NCBI GenBank assembly: GCA_016202485.1
Contig: JACQOP010000035.1
Span: forward strand, 1 to 52,143
DNA length: 52,143 bases
Direction of reading: 5' to 3'
Origin: Chloroflexota bacterium
GTDB taxonomy: Bacteria; Chloroflexota; Dehalococcoidia; Lucifugimonadales; JACPCL1
The notes under the pieces were generated by a model. That model was not told the DNA's origin and did not search any database. It worked only from the letters and a program-made list of their open reading frames with translations. The translations under genes were made by a program, and so were the position numbers. Below are positions 1 to 8,598 of the stretch, in pieces; position 1 is the first letter of the stretch, and every line of letters begins with the position of its first letter.

Positions 1-215
1 ACCAGGTCAATGGTCTGGACGTTCATGGCGTCGCCGGCAAACCAGCTCCCCGCACTCCGCGCCTCCCGGACGGCGAGCATGTTGTCCTGCCATGTCCCCC
101 GCGCCGACAGCGTCTGATACAGCGCCTGGCTGCCCATGGAGAGCGCCGCTACAAGCATGCCCACCACGACAATCAGTTCTACCAGCGTGAACCCCCGGTC
201 TCCCTGGCTGGCCAT
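1..215 (-). CDS. type IV pilin-like protein / pseudopilin, N-terminal part only (continues past window start)
   Basis: Not in the ORF track because no stop lies in the window. The minus-strand ATG at 215 gives MASQGDRG|FTLVELIVVVGMLVAALSMGSQ... This has a short charged leader, a G|F prepilin-peptidase site, Glu at +5 and a hydrophobic helix, which together form the class III signal / N-methylation motif. It lies 51 nt downstream of the preceding pseudopilin gene. Confidence 0.8.
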   Translation of the reverse strand, partial: MASQGDRGFTLVELIVVVGMLVAALSMGSQALYQTLSARGTWQDNMLAVREARSAGSWFAGDAMNVQTIDL

Positions 216-266
216 TCCCTTTTCCCGTGTCAGCTTGGTCTTCATGGGCAGACCTCCCGTTGTTTC

Positions 267-665
267 CTAGTCCTTTACCCGGAACGTCTCTAAGGTCATT
301 GCCTCGGCGCCCCAGAAGGTCACCACCACCACCACTTTCTGTATGTTCGGGTCGCCCGCCTCATATTCTTGCGCCTCTGCGGTAACAGCGTACCCCTCAG
401 GGACAGGGACCGTAGGGTAGAAGGACGGCGGCTCCTGGTAGGGCAGGGAGAACAGATACTCCATCTGGTTTCTAGCCAGGTTCTCCCCAGTGGCCTGGCT
501 CGCCGTAGCCCGTCCCGATGTGTGCATCACTGAAACACCTACCAGGACGCCCGTGCCTATGACCACAAACACCATCAGGGCAATGGCGGTCTCAATCAGA
601 AGCCCCCCCGTGGACCCCCACCTGGGCGGCGCCTTTTGCGTACCCTGACTGTTCATGAAGTCCAA
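267..665 (-). CDS. minor pilin / pseudopilin (prepilin-type N-terminal cleavage domain)
   Basis: 132-aa ORF. The N-terminus ...GSTG|GLLIETAIALMVFVVIGTGVLVG has Glu at +5 after a Gly and a hydrophobic helix, like PilV/GspI-type pseudopilins. It sits in tandem with the pilin-like gene at 1-215. Confidence 0.7.
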   Translation of the reverse strand: MDFMNSQGTQKAPPRWGSTGGLLIETAIALMVFVVIGTGVLVGVSVMHTSGRATASQATGENLARNQMEYLFSLPYQEPPSFYPTVPVPEGYAVTAEAQEYEAGDPNIQKVVVVVTFWGAEAMTLETFRVKD

Positions 666-841
666 CTCCTTTGCCGCTCAGAGCCAGAAGCGCCAGACGC
701 CAATAGAGACACAATAGAGATAACCAGTGAGTTGACCGGATGAATTTGATGTTACTAAAGGTGCAAATATCGTAGCGCCTATTTTCGCATTTTGCAACTG
801 ATTACTTTCTTTTGTTTGTATCTGAACTATAAATAACTGCT

Positions 842-865
842 CAATTCTTACAATGTTTTTACAAT
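842..865. promoter_or_regulatory. candidate regulator-binding repeats in the AT-rich divergent pilus control region
   Basis: TTACAAT occurs at 848-854 and 859-865 (11-bp period). The 12-mer CAATTCTTACAA at 842-853 recurs exactly at 7810-7821 upstream of the major pilin gene. A second 11-bp-phased repeat, CAATAGAGA, lies at 701-709 and 712-720. Confidence 0.35.
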
Positions 866-1019
866 ACTTTTATGTTTCCTTCACATTATTGTGTTACGCT
901 GGCCGCACATGCATAAGGCAAATTGGGTTCCCCTTCACTTCTGTTGCGGCCTTTTCCCCTATGCATGAGTGCAACGGCAAAGCAAGTCCAGACCCCTAGT
1001 AAGGAAAAGGAGGCTCCTC

Positions 1020-1841
1020 ATGACCACCGCCACCAAAAGCAAGACCTCTGTTACCTTCACCTATGAAACCCCAAATCCGCTCGCTCCTCCTTTGATCCAC
1101 CTGGATGGAGAGACCTTCCTTCCACCTCCTCCCGAACCGGAAGCCCAACAGACCGAACCAGAGGCGCCACAGCCCCAGTGGAAGACGGATGGCCGGGCAC
1201 AGCGCCTCTACCAGGGACTGAACACCGCCACCTCTGACATCTTCAGCGCCCTCTACGCAGCCAAGGCGCGCCTCTTGGTGTTACTCCAGGAGGAAATCCA
1301 GTCCATGTTCGTAGAGATTCTCACTACTAAGGAGGCCTGGGGTATTCCCCTACTGGAGGAGCAGGGCATACAGATGCCTGCCGCCTTCAAACAGGCCGCG
1401 GTTGTCCACCCTGCACCGGTCATAGACCCACCGGACCTCAACGGGCAAGCGCCATACCATGACGCCGCTCCGCCCTCCGTACAACCAGTAGAGACAGAGG
1501 AAGGCCAGCCAGAGGTCTTCACGATTGATAACGCGCCCCAGGCCCGGCAGGAAACGCCGGCCCCAGACCACGTCTATGAAGGCACGGTACAGCTCAGGGT
1601 CAGCGCCAGCGGACGTGTCCGCCAGTCCATGCAGTTCGCCCATGACCTTGGACAGATGCCCCACCTCAATGTGCTGCGCCTCATGGGCGACCTCCACAAC
1701 GAACTGGATCTGTGGGTGGGACTCCGGGAACCTCTTCCCCTTGGCTTGGTCCTTGCAGAGATGCAGAACGTCACCAGCGTGGAGGTCCTTGGGGTGAAGG
1801 AGGGCGAGACCCCCTTGCTGCTGGTGTCTCTCCAGGCATAA
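1020..1841 (+). CDS. hypothetical protein, Pro/Gln/Glu-rich, first gene of the pilB operon
   Basis: The ORF is 969-1841. The internal ATG at 1020 is preceded by AAGGAAAAGGAGG with about 7 nt spacing. No family recognised. It has low-complexity PPPPEPEAQQTEPEAPQPQ and PAPVIDPPDL segments and a compact alpha/beta-looking C-terminal ~90 aa (VYEGTVQLRVSASGRV...LLLVSLQA). Confidence 0.6.
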   Translation: MTTATKSKTSVTFTYETPNPLAPPLIHLDGETFLPPPPEPEAQQTEPEAPQPQWKTDGRAQRLYQGLNTATSDIFSALYAAKARLLVLLQEEIQSMFVEILTTKEAWGIPLLEEQGIQMPAAFKQAAVVHPAPVIDPPDLNGQAPYHDAAPPSVQPVETEEGQPEVFTIDNAPQARQETPAPDHVYEGTVQLRVSASGRVRQSMQFAHDLGQMPHLNVLRLMGDLHNELDLWVGLREPLPLGLVLAEMQNVTSVEVLGVKEGETPLLLVSLQA

Positions 1842-2109
1842 GCCGGGGGCTGCCCTTTGCTCAGGAAGAGCTGCCCTTTCCTAGGGGCGCAAGGTATTGC
1901 ACCCCCGTGGCAGCCCTTCCTCAAAAGGGAATTGCCCCTCAGCTATGAAACGCTCGTGTCCTCTGTCTCCCTAGGCTGGACGGGCACGAGCTTCTTCTCC
2001 CTGATATGGCTTAGAGCGTACAGGCGTGCGGCCCCTCTGGGGCGCGTATGAGCCACTTGTCCCACGGAGACCCCCTTTGATGCAACCAAACGGTCTGAGC
2101 CCCCTCCTT

Positions 2110-3828
2110 ATGGAAAGGGATATGGACTCAATAGGCTTCCAGTCCCCGGCTGGCAGCCAGCGGGCCAAGCCGCTCAGCGAGCTGCTGGTGGAGCTCGGCA
2201 TTGTCACCCCGGAGCAGTTGGCGCAGGCCAGGGAAATTGCTCTGGTTGAAGGCGTGTCCCTGCCCCGTGCCCTCGTGCGCGAAGGTCTCGTGTTGTCTCG
2301 CGACCTCGCCGCCTTGATGGCCTTGCACCTGGGCCTTCCCATGGTCAGCCTGCGCAGCCAGTCCATAGAGCCCTCTGCCTTACAGGCAATCCCAGAGGAC
2401 ATGGCCCGCCGCTACCTGGTCCTCCCCCTCAAGGTGGATGACAACTTCCTCCATGTGGCCATGATTGACCCCATGGACTTCCGGCTGCTCAACGACCTCA
2501 CCGCCCTCACCAGCTTCAACATCCGCCCCATCATTGCCACGGAAGAGGACATCCGGGAGCACATAGACGTCTCCTACCGTCTGATAGACTCAGACGAAGA
2601 TGAATCCTCCTCCTCAGGCGCTGCCTCCTTAGACGACGGCAAAGTTACCGCGAAGCAGCTCCAGGACTCCCCTCCAGCCCAGGTCATAGAACTGCTGCTG
2701 CAACAGGCGATCCAGGACCGGGCCTCGGACATTCACATAGCCCCGGCAGAAAACCGCGTCCGCATCCGCTTCCGCATAGACGGCCTTCTCCATGACGTGA
2801 TGAACCTTCCCATGCAGATGCACCCACTCATCCTGTCCCGCCTGAAGATTATGGCCGGCCTCAATATTGCCGAACGGCGCCGGCCCCAAGACGGCCATTT
2901 CACCTCTGAAGTCCAGAACCGGAAAATTGATGTCCGCGTTGCTATCAGCAACACCGTCCACGGTGAGATGGGAGTCCTCCGGCTCCTGGACAAGCAGTTC
3001 ACCGTCATCGGCCTGGACCAGGCAGGTATGGACCAGAACACCCTGGATACCTATCGCAAGCTCCTGCGGTTGCCTTACGGCATGATTATCGTCTGCGGGC
3101 CTACAGGCGCAGGCAAAAGCACCACCCTCTACGCCTCTATCCTGGAGATGAACCGCATAGAGCAGAATGTCATCTCCTTAGAAGACCCCGTGGAGTACCA
3201 GATCACCGATACAAACCAGATGCAGATCCATGCCGAGGCCGGAATCACCTTCGCCACCCAGCTCAGAAGCATCTTGCGTCTGGACCCAGACATCGTCCTC
3301 GTTGGCGAAATCCGCGACCAGGAAACGGCCGTCATCGCGACACAGGCCGCCCTCACAGGCCACTTGGTGCTCACCTCCCTCCACGCCAACGATTCCGTCT
3401 CCGCCCTGGTGCGCCTCAGGGACCTGAATGTGGCCCCCTATCTCATCGCCTCCTCTGTGGCCGGCATCATCTCCCAGCGCATGGTCCGCGTGGTCTGCCA
3501 CGGCTGCAAGGTTTCCAAGGTCGCCCCCCTTACGGAGCGCAACGCTTACATCCAGGAGATGGGCGAAGACCTGGGGGCCTTTACCTATGGCCAGGGATGC
3601 AACGTCTGCGCCCACACCGGCTACCGCGGCCGCACCGGCGTTTTTGAGCTGCTGCCCATTTCCGATGGACTCCGTCAGGTGTTTCTGGCTGACGGGTCCC
3701 GCGCCCAGCTCCGGGAGCGGGCCCTCCAGGATGGACTTGTCCCCCTCAAAAGGGCGGGCATGCTCAAGGTCAAGCAAGGCGTGACCACCCCCTATGAAGT
3801 GCTGCGCGTCCTCTATAGCCTGGAATAG
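2110..3828 (+). CDS. pilB: type IV pilus assembly ATPase PilB (GspE/PilB family)
   Basis: The ORF is 2026-3828. It has a T2SSE_N-like N-domain (LSELLVELGIVTPEQLAQAREIA...), Walker A GPTGAGKST, Asp/His boxes and a tetracysteine motif (CHGC...CNVC). The start is ambiguous (2026, 2080, 2110 or 2122); GGAAAGGGA precedes the ATG at 2122. Confidence 0.93.
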   Translation: MERDMDSIGFQSPAGSQRAKPLSELLVELGIVTPEQLAQAREIALVEGVSLPRALVREGLVLSRDLAALMALHLGLPMVSLRSQSIEPSALQAIPEDMARRYLVLPLKVDDNFLHVAMIDPMDFRLLNDLTALTSFNIRPIIATEEDIREHIDVSYRLIDSDEDESSSSGAASLDDGKVTAKQLQDSPPAQVIELLLQQAIQDRASDIHIAPAENRVRIRFRIDGLLHDVMNLPMQMHPLILSRLKIMAGLNIAERRRPQDGHFTSEVQNRKIDVRVAISNTVHGEMGVLRLLDKQFTVIGLDQAGMDQNTLDTYRKLLRLPYGMIIVCGPTGAGKSTTLYASILEMNRIEQNVISLEDPVEYQITDTNQMQIHAEAGITFATQLRSILRLDPDIVLVGEIRDQETAVIATQAALTGHLVLTSLHANDSVSALVRLRDLNVAPYLIASSVAGIISQRMVRVVCHGCKVSKVAPLTERNAYIQEMGEDLGAFTYGQGCNVCAHTGYRGRTGVFELLPISDGLRQVFLADGSRAQLRERALQDGLVPLKRAGMLKVKQGVTTPYEVLRVLYSLE

Positions 3829-3836
3829 GACTTACC

Positions 3837-5045
3837 ATGCGATTCCAGTACGTGGCGTATAACCTGAAGCAGGGGGTCATCAAAGGCCAGATAGACGCCC
3901 GCGCTCCTGGTGAAGCCCAGGCCCAGCTCCGTAGCCAGGGCTTGAAGCCCCTGAAACTCAAGGAGCTGCCGCGCCAGGACTTCCGGGCCCGCATCTTCCC
4001 CTCCTTCTTCCGTGTCAAAACGGGAGAGATCATCCATTTCTGCCGCAATACCGCCACCATGCTCACCACCGGCGGCAACCTCGTGCGCGTTTTGGAGATG
4101 TTCCAGCGGGAAACGCGCAGCCCCATGATGCGCCGCACCCTGGAGGACATCCGTCACACCCTGGACGACGGCGGCAGCTTTTCGGAAGCCCTCGCAACCC
4201 ATCCCACCGTCTTCGGCCCCCTCTTCATCAGCGTCGTTGAGGTTGGCGAGCACACAGGCCGCCTGGGGCCTGCCCTGGAAGAGATGGCCGACATCCTCCA
4301 TAAAGAGGATGAAGCCAAGCAGAAGGCTATTCGCACCTTGATGTACCCCGTCGCCATCATCGGGCTGGCCGTGCTGGTCCTGGTCATCCTGATGCTCTTT
4401 GCCCTGCCTCCCATGCTCAAGGTCTTTGAGCGCATGGGCGATAAGCTCCCCCTGGTCACACGGGTCACCATCGCCTTCTTCAACCAGGTAAGAGAGCATT
4501 TCGTGATTATCGCCATCTCCCTGGTGGTGCTCATCGTTTTTCTTGCCCTCATCCGTCGCATCCCCAGGGTGCGTTTTGCCATGGACCACTTCCAGGCCAA
4601 GGTCCCTATCGTTGGCTCCCTCATCGTGGCCAAGGAAATGTCACGCTTCTCTCGCACGCTGGCCATGCTGCTGGACTCCAGCGTCCCCCTGGCAAGCGCC
4701 TTGCAGCTCAGCCTCAGCGGTTGCCACAACCTTCCCTTGCGCACCGCCTTTGAGCAGGCAGAGGAACACCTCCTCAGCGGGCGACCCCTGGCCGAATCCC
4801 TGCGGGAGCACCCTATCATCCCCTCCCTTTTTGTGGAGATGGTCGCCATTGGAGAAGAGAGCAACTCCTTGCCGCGCACCATGAAAGACGCCGCCTCCGC
4901 CTACCAGAACCAGCTGGACCAGCGGCTCAGCGGCATCCTGGGTATGCTGGAGCCCCTGTCCACCATTTTCGTAGGCGGCATTGTGGCCCTCATCGCCTTT
5001 TCTATGTTCCTGCCCATCTACGCCAGCCTCAACTCTTTCGGCTAG
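3837..5045 (+). CDS. pilC: type IV pilus platform protein PilC (GspF family)
   Basis: 402 aa with a duplicated T2SSF-type domain and three hydrophobic segments. It starts 8 nt after pilB. Confidence 0.9.
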   Translation: MRFQYVAYNLKQGVIKGQIDARAPGEAQAQLRSQGLKPLKLKELPRQDFRARIFPSFFRVKTGEIIHFCRNTATMLTTGGNLVRVLEMFQRETRSPMMRRTLEDIRHTLDDGGSFSEALATHPTVFGPLFISVVEVGEHTGRLGPALEEMADILHKEDEAKQKAIRTLMYPVAIIGLAVLVLVILMLFALPPMLKVFERMGDKLPLVTRVTIAFFNQVREHFVIIAISLVVLIVFLALIRRIPRVRFAMDHFQAKVPIVGSLIVAKEMSRFSRTLAMLLDSSVPLASALQLSLSGCHNLPLRTAFEQAEEHLLSGRPLAESLREHPIIPSLFVEMVAIGEESNSLPRTMKDAASAYQNQLDQRLSGILGMLEPLSTIFVGGIVALIAFSMFLPIYASLNSFG

Positions 5046-5056
5046 AGAGTAGCTCA

Positions 5057-5683
5057 ATGAACACAAATCTCAATGCCCTGGTCCATACCGCAGGCAACAA
5101 TGTGAAAGCCAGACCCCTGGTATACGCCCTGGCCTTCCTGGGGGCTGTGCTTCTCACCTATTATGCCCCCCTTGGCTGGAGGTACTGGCAGGCCTCCACT
5201 AGCCTTGTCGCCAGCCAGGCCCAGATAGGCCGCCTCACCACCGGACTGGCGGGGCCGGCGCCCAATGAATCCGCCCTCCAGCAGGAGACTGCCGACCAGC
5301 AGCGCCAGCTAGCCTCCCTCCAGGCGGCATTCACCTATCCAAACCAGGATGCCATCTTTGCCCATGTCCTCGTCGCATCCCACGAAGTCGGCCTCTCCCT
5401 CGTGTCCGCCAAATCGGGAGAGCCGGCCCTGCTGGTGGATAACGGCGTCCAGTACCTCAGCCTTTCCCTGGACCTGACCTTTGAAGGTGGGACCGACCGG
5501 GTCTATGCCTATATAGCCGCCTTTCAACGGCAGGTACCATCGGGGGTGATATCTAACCTCCGCATTAATGGCCTTGAAGGTACGCCCGTAACTCAGGTGT
5601 ACTACCTGCTCTATCTGTCTCCCCAACCTGCACCCAAATCAAAAGGGCCTGCCAATGCACCTACCCCCTCTTCTGGACGATAA
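5057..5683 (+). CDS. PilO-like pilus alignment protein (single TM plus coiled coil plus C-terminal alpha/beta domain)
   Basis: 208 aa. It has an N-terminal TM (LVYALAFLGAVLLTYYAPL), a Gln-rich coiled segment and a C-terminal pattern (YLSLSLDLTFEGGTDRVYAYIAAFQRQ) typical of PilO. Its position after pilC supports the call. Confidence 0.6.
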   Translation: MNTNLNALVHTAGNNVKARPLVYALAFLGAVLLTYYAPLGWRYWQASTSLVASQAQIGRLTTGLAGPAPNESALQQETADQQRQLASLQAAFTYPNQDAIFAHVLVASHEVGLSLVSAKSGEPALLVDNGVQYLSLSLDLTFEGGTDRVYAYIAAFQRQVPSGVISNLRINGLEGTPVTQVYYLLYLSPQPAPKSKGPANAPTPSSGR

Positions 5684-7427
5684 CAAGCAGACAACAGCAC
5701 CGGGACTTGCGGATGAGATAGCGCTGCCTGCTGATTCCGCCCCCTCGCCAGTCCAGCGGCAGCCCTTTCCGCCCAGGAGAAAGGGCCGGTCCCCCAGATG
5801 GCTTCCTCTGCCTTCCAGGAAGCAGCTCCTGACTGTTGACCTGCACGACGGTATGGCCCGAGTGGTCCTGTTTCAACGGGGCCGTGTAGTGGCTTGGGGC
5901 AAAGCCACTGTTCCCGCCCCGGTTCTCTATGCGGAGGAGCACGAGGAGGAGGCGGACGAGTCCGGTGAGCCGGCGCCCAGTGCCCTAAACCCCTTTGAGC
6001 AGCTCCGGACCCTGGTACGAGACATAACCTTGGGTCCCGTGCCCACCGTGGTCAGCCTGCCTTCCAGCATCTGCCTCATGCGAGAGGTCCTGCTGCCCCG
6101 GGTAGACCGCCGCCACTTCACCTCCATCGTCCTCTCCGAGCTAATGGAGTCTGTTCCCTTCAACCGGGACGACGTAGACATTGCCTGGAAAGCCATAAAG
6201 ACAGGTTCGGGGTTCAAGGTTGCGGCTAATCTGGCAACCAAGCAGGCCATGGACCAGCACCTTGCTGGCATGTCCCAGGGAGGCGTCCGGGCAGGCGCCG
6301 CCTATGCCAGGCCCTTGGCCCTCGCCCGGGCCGCCGGCGTGGAGGACGGCATCGTCGTTGAGGTGGGGAGCCGTGTTGTGGAAGTGGTGCTGGTGAAGGA
6401 CGGCTTTCCCCGTTTGTCACGCCAGGTCCACCGTGGGGCCTCAGGCTCCTCCCAGGATGCCTTATGGGTCTCAGAGACAGCCCTTGCCATTGAGCATATG
6501 GGAGAGCTTTCTGAGGCTTCTCCAACGGGTGAACAGGCTGCCCCCCTCGCTATCAGCGTCATTGAAAGCGCCGCTCCCGACGACGCAGCTTACGGCGCCC
6601 TGGCAGCAGCCACCGGTCGCAGTGTACAGCAAGTCCAGCCCATCGTTGGTTATCCCAGCCATTTCCCTTTCCATTACTACATGGGGAACATTGGGCTCGC
6701 CATGGCCCATTATGCTCCCCCCTCTTTCCTCCTTCGTTCTGGCCCTCCCCGTCTGCCCTCCATTGACCTCCTCCCCCAGCGGTACAGGCCCAAGCCTCTG
6801 CCCTGGGGGACCGCCGCCGCAGCGGGCCTCCTCGTGCTCATGGCTGTGGCCACCGTGCCCGCTTCAAGCGAGGTGGACCTCAAAAGCCAGCAGGCGACCG
6901 GCCTCGCCGCAACGGTCAACACCCTGGAGGAGCAGGTGAGGACGCGCGACCTGACCGCAGCCCGCATCAATGTAGCCCGCACCAGGCTTGCTGACTCTGG
7001 CGTATATGTCTCGGCTCTGGACAAACGCCTCACCGGGTTGCAGGACGACTCGGCCAGTATCCTGGCCCGTATGGAAGCCATCACTGGCAAGGCCTCCCGC
7101 TACCCTCTCCAGTTGTCCAGCGTCTTCACCCAGGGCGGCAGCTTCTCCATCAGCGGGACAAGCGTCAGCCCGGAGGAACTCCTGGCCTATACCGCCTCCC
7201 TCCGCTCCCTCAACCTCTTTCAGAGCGTGTATGTCACGGAGGTCCGTTCCATACCCAGCACGGGACTCTCAGGCTTTGCCCTCACCGAGGACGCTTCTCC
7301 TGTCTCCTTCCAGGTCAGGGCTGTCGTAGAACCCCCCGTCTCCCTCCCAGGCCAGACAGCAAAAACGGTCCTGAACCTCCTGCCGGACCTCCTCAACCAA
7401 GAGAGTCTTCCGGTATCCACCGGCTAG
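5655..7427 (+). CDS. PilM-PilN fusion protein (actin-like ATPase fold, TM, coiled coil, PilN-like C-terminal domain)
   Basis: 590 aa. The RKQLLTVDLHDGMARVVLF start of the fold resembles PilM. A TM lies at ~GTAAAAGLLVLMAVATV, followed by a coiled coil. The C-terminus LQLSSVFTQGGSFSISGTSVSPEELLAYTASLRSLNLFQSVYV resembles PilN. It overlaps the upstream ORF by 29 nt. Confidence 0.7.
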   Translation: MHLPPLLDDNKQTTAPGLADEIALPADSAPSPVQRQPFPPRRKGRSPRWLPLPSRKQLLTVDLHDGMARVVLFQRGRVVAWGKATVPAPVLYAEEHEEEADESGEPAPSALNPFEQLRTLVRDITLGPVPTVVSLPSSICLMREVLLPRVDRRHFTSIVLSELMESVPFNRDDVDIAWKAIKTGSGFKVAANLATKQAMDQHLAGMSQGGVRAGAAYARPLALARAAGVEDGIVVEVGSRVVEVVLVKDGFPRLSRQVHRGASGSSQDALWVSETALAIEHMGELSEASPTGEQAAPLAISVIESAAPDDAAYGALAAATGRSVQQVQPIVGYPSHFPFHYYMGNIGLAMAHYAPPSFLLRSGPPRLPSIDLLPQRYRPKPLPWGTAAAAGLLVLMAVATVPASSEVDLKSQQATGLAATVNTLEEQVRTRDLTAARINVARTRLADSGVYVSALDKRLTGLQDDSASILARMEAITGKASRYPLQLSSVFTQGGSFSISGTSVSPEELLAYTASLRSLNLFQSVYVTEVRSIPSTGLSGFALTEDASPVSFQVRAVVEPPVSLPGQTAKTVLNLLPDLLNQESLPVSTG

Positions 7428-7435
7428 TGTCCTGA

Positions 7436-7449
7436 CACGTGATCACGTG
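7436..7449. promoter_or_regulatory. perfect 14-bp palindrome CACGTGATCACGTG
   Basis: Read directly from the sequence, 9 nt after the pilMN stop. A 6-2-6 palindrome, GCAATGGTCATTGC, follows at 7495-7508. Confidence 0.3.
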
Positions 7450-7564
7450 CGTGTAAGGCGTGTTGGCGGCTCTTGGAGCGGCTCACCAGAAAGGGCAATG
7501 GTCATTGCTACGAAAATAACGGTCGTCTTGCTGGTGTGCAGAGGACCGCGTCCTCGCCGGGGGT

Positions 7565-7604
7565 GCTGGGGGTGTCCCCCAGCGATTTGGGTGGGCGGGT
7601 GGGA
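7565..7604 (+). repeat. REP-like palindromic element (GCTGGGGG-TGT-CCCCCAGC plus G-rich tail)
   Basis: An 8-bp stem with a 3-nt loop at 7565-7583 is followed by GATTTGGGTGGGCGGGTGGG. It lies in the ORF-poor region upstream of the pilin gene. Confidence 0.4.
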
Positions 7605-7940
7605 CAAGAGGCGTCAGCCCCAAGCGGCCCACATAAAGCCCTCCCCTGTTCATAGGAGAAAGAAGCAGGGTGAGGGTAAAGCGCTTGCCGTCACGGACAC
7701 TTGCACCACCCTGTTATGCCCCTTTCCCAATAGACAGGTGCAATATTCAACAACAGCCTGTGTCTGCTCTGGATAGAAGCAGTCAACTTGTGCCGCCAAC
7801 ATTCTTTCACAATTCTTACAAACCTTTCACTTCAGATTCACAACACTGTTCTATCCTGGTACAAGTGAATGCTAATGGCAGTAGTTCTGGTCGTCAGAAC
7901 TCCAACAATGCCAGCAGCGTATACACCAAGGAGGTTCATA

Positions 7941-8324
7941 ATGAACATGGCTGGTCACAAGCCGGTACAAGGTCATCAGAAGGGATTCACCCTCGTAGAG
8001 TTGCTGGTGGTGGTGGGCATCATCGTCGCCCTTGCCACCGTCAGCCTGGTCAGCGTCAACCAGTTCTCTGGCAAGGGCCAGGAAGGCGCACAGGCCTCGG
8101 AGAAGGCTACACTCCAGTCCGCCATGGACACCATGATGGCTGACAAGGGCATCACCACAGTCACCTCCAACAGCACTGCCGCCGCCGTCAACGACTTCAC
8201 CGCAGATCCTGTAGAAGGACCCCTGGAGCCGTATCTGAGGGAAAACCCTACGGCCTACTACTACTGCTGGAGTGTCACCGGCAAGATCACGGAGCAGGGC
8301 GCTGCTGCTTTCACCTGTGCATAA
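7941..8324 (+). CDS. pilA: major type IV pilin (prepilin with N-terminal methylation motif)
   Basis: The ATG at 7941 is preceded by AAGGAGG with 6 nt spacing. The product MNMAGHKPVQGHQKG|FTLVELLVVVGIIVALATVSL has the pilin N-terminus, and a C-terminal Cys pair (YYYCW...AFTCA) could form a disulfide loop. The ORF-track start at 7869 is an upstream extension. Confidence 0.92.
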   Translation: MNMAGHKPVQGHQKGFTLVELLVVVGIIVALATVSLVSVNQFSGKGQEGAQASEKATLQSAMDTMMADKGITTVTSNSTAAAVNDFTADPVEGPLEPYLRENPTAYYYCWSVTGKITEQGAAAFTCA

Positions 8325-8374
8325 TAGCCTCGCCTGAAAAGATTCTGCTTGTCCATCCCCCCACGGTGCGCCTA

Positions 8375-8420
8375 CACCAGGGGAGGGGCCATACGGCCCC
8401 TCCCCTGGTGTTCTGTCTCT
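8375..8420 (+). terminator. intrinsic terminator after the pilin gene
   Basis: CACCAGGGGAGGGGCC-ATAC-GGCCCCTCCCCTGGTG forms a 16-bp perfect stem, followed by TTCTGTCTCT. Confidence 0.6.
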
Positions 8421-8598
8421 CCTTTCCTGCCCCCTCGCCCTTCCCCAAACCCCTCCCCTGCGCTACCATTACCCCATGACCACCCGCCTTCTCTTATGTC
8501 GTGCCCGTAGGGGCAGACCCGTGTGTCTGCCCTTCACCTCACACTCCTCCGCCGCCGGCCAACCTTTGCAACATTCAATCAGTCCCACATACAAACAA

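Noticed and set aside
7695-7705. Sigma-54-like GG...GC element (GGACACTTGCA) upstream of pilA
   Set aside because: The GG and GC dinucleotides are 8 nt apart, whereas the -24/-12 consensus requires 12 nt. No enhancer-binding protein gene lies nearby.
7447-8143. ORFs 7447-7776, 7473-7655 and 7670-8143 in the pilA upstream region
   Set aside because: The translations are Arg/Gly/Cys/Pro-rich nonsense with no RBS. ORF 7670-8143 runs out of frame across the well-supported pilA gene.
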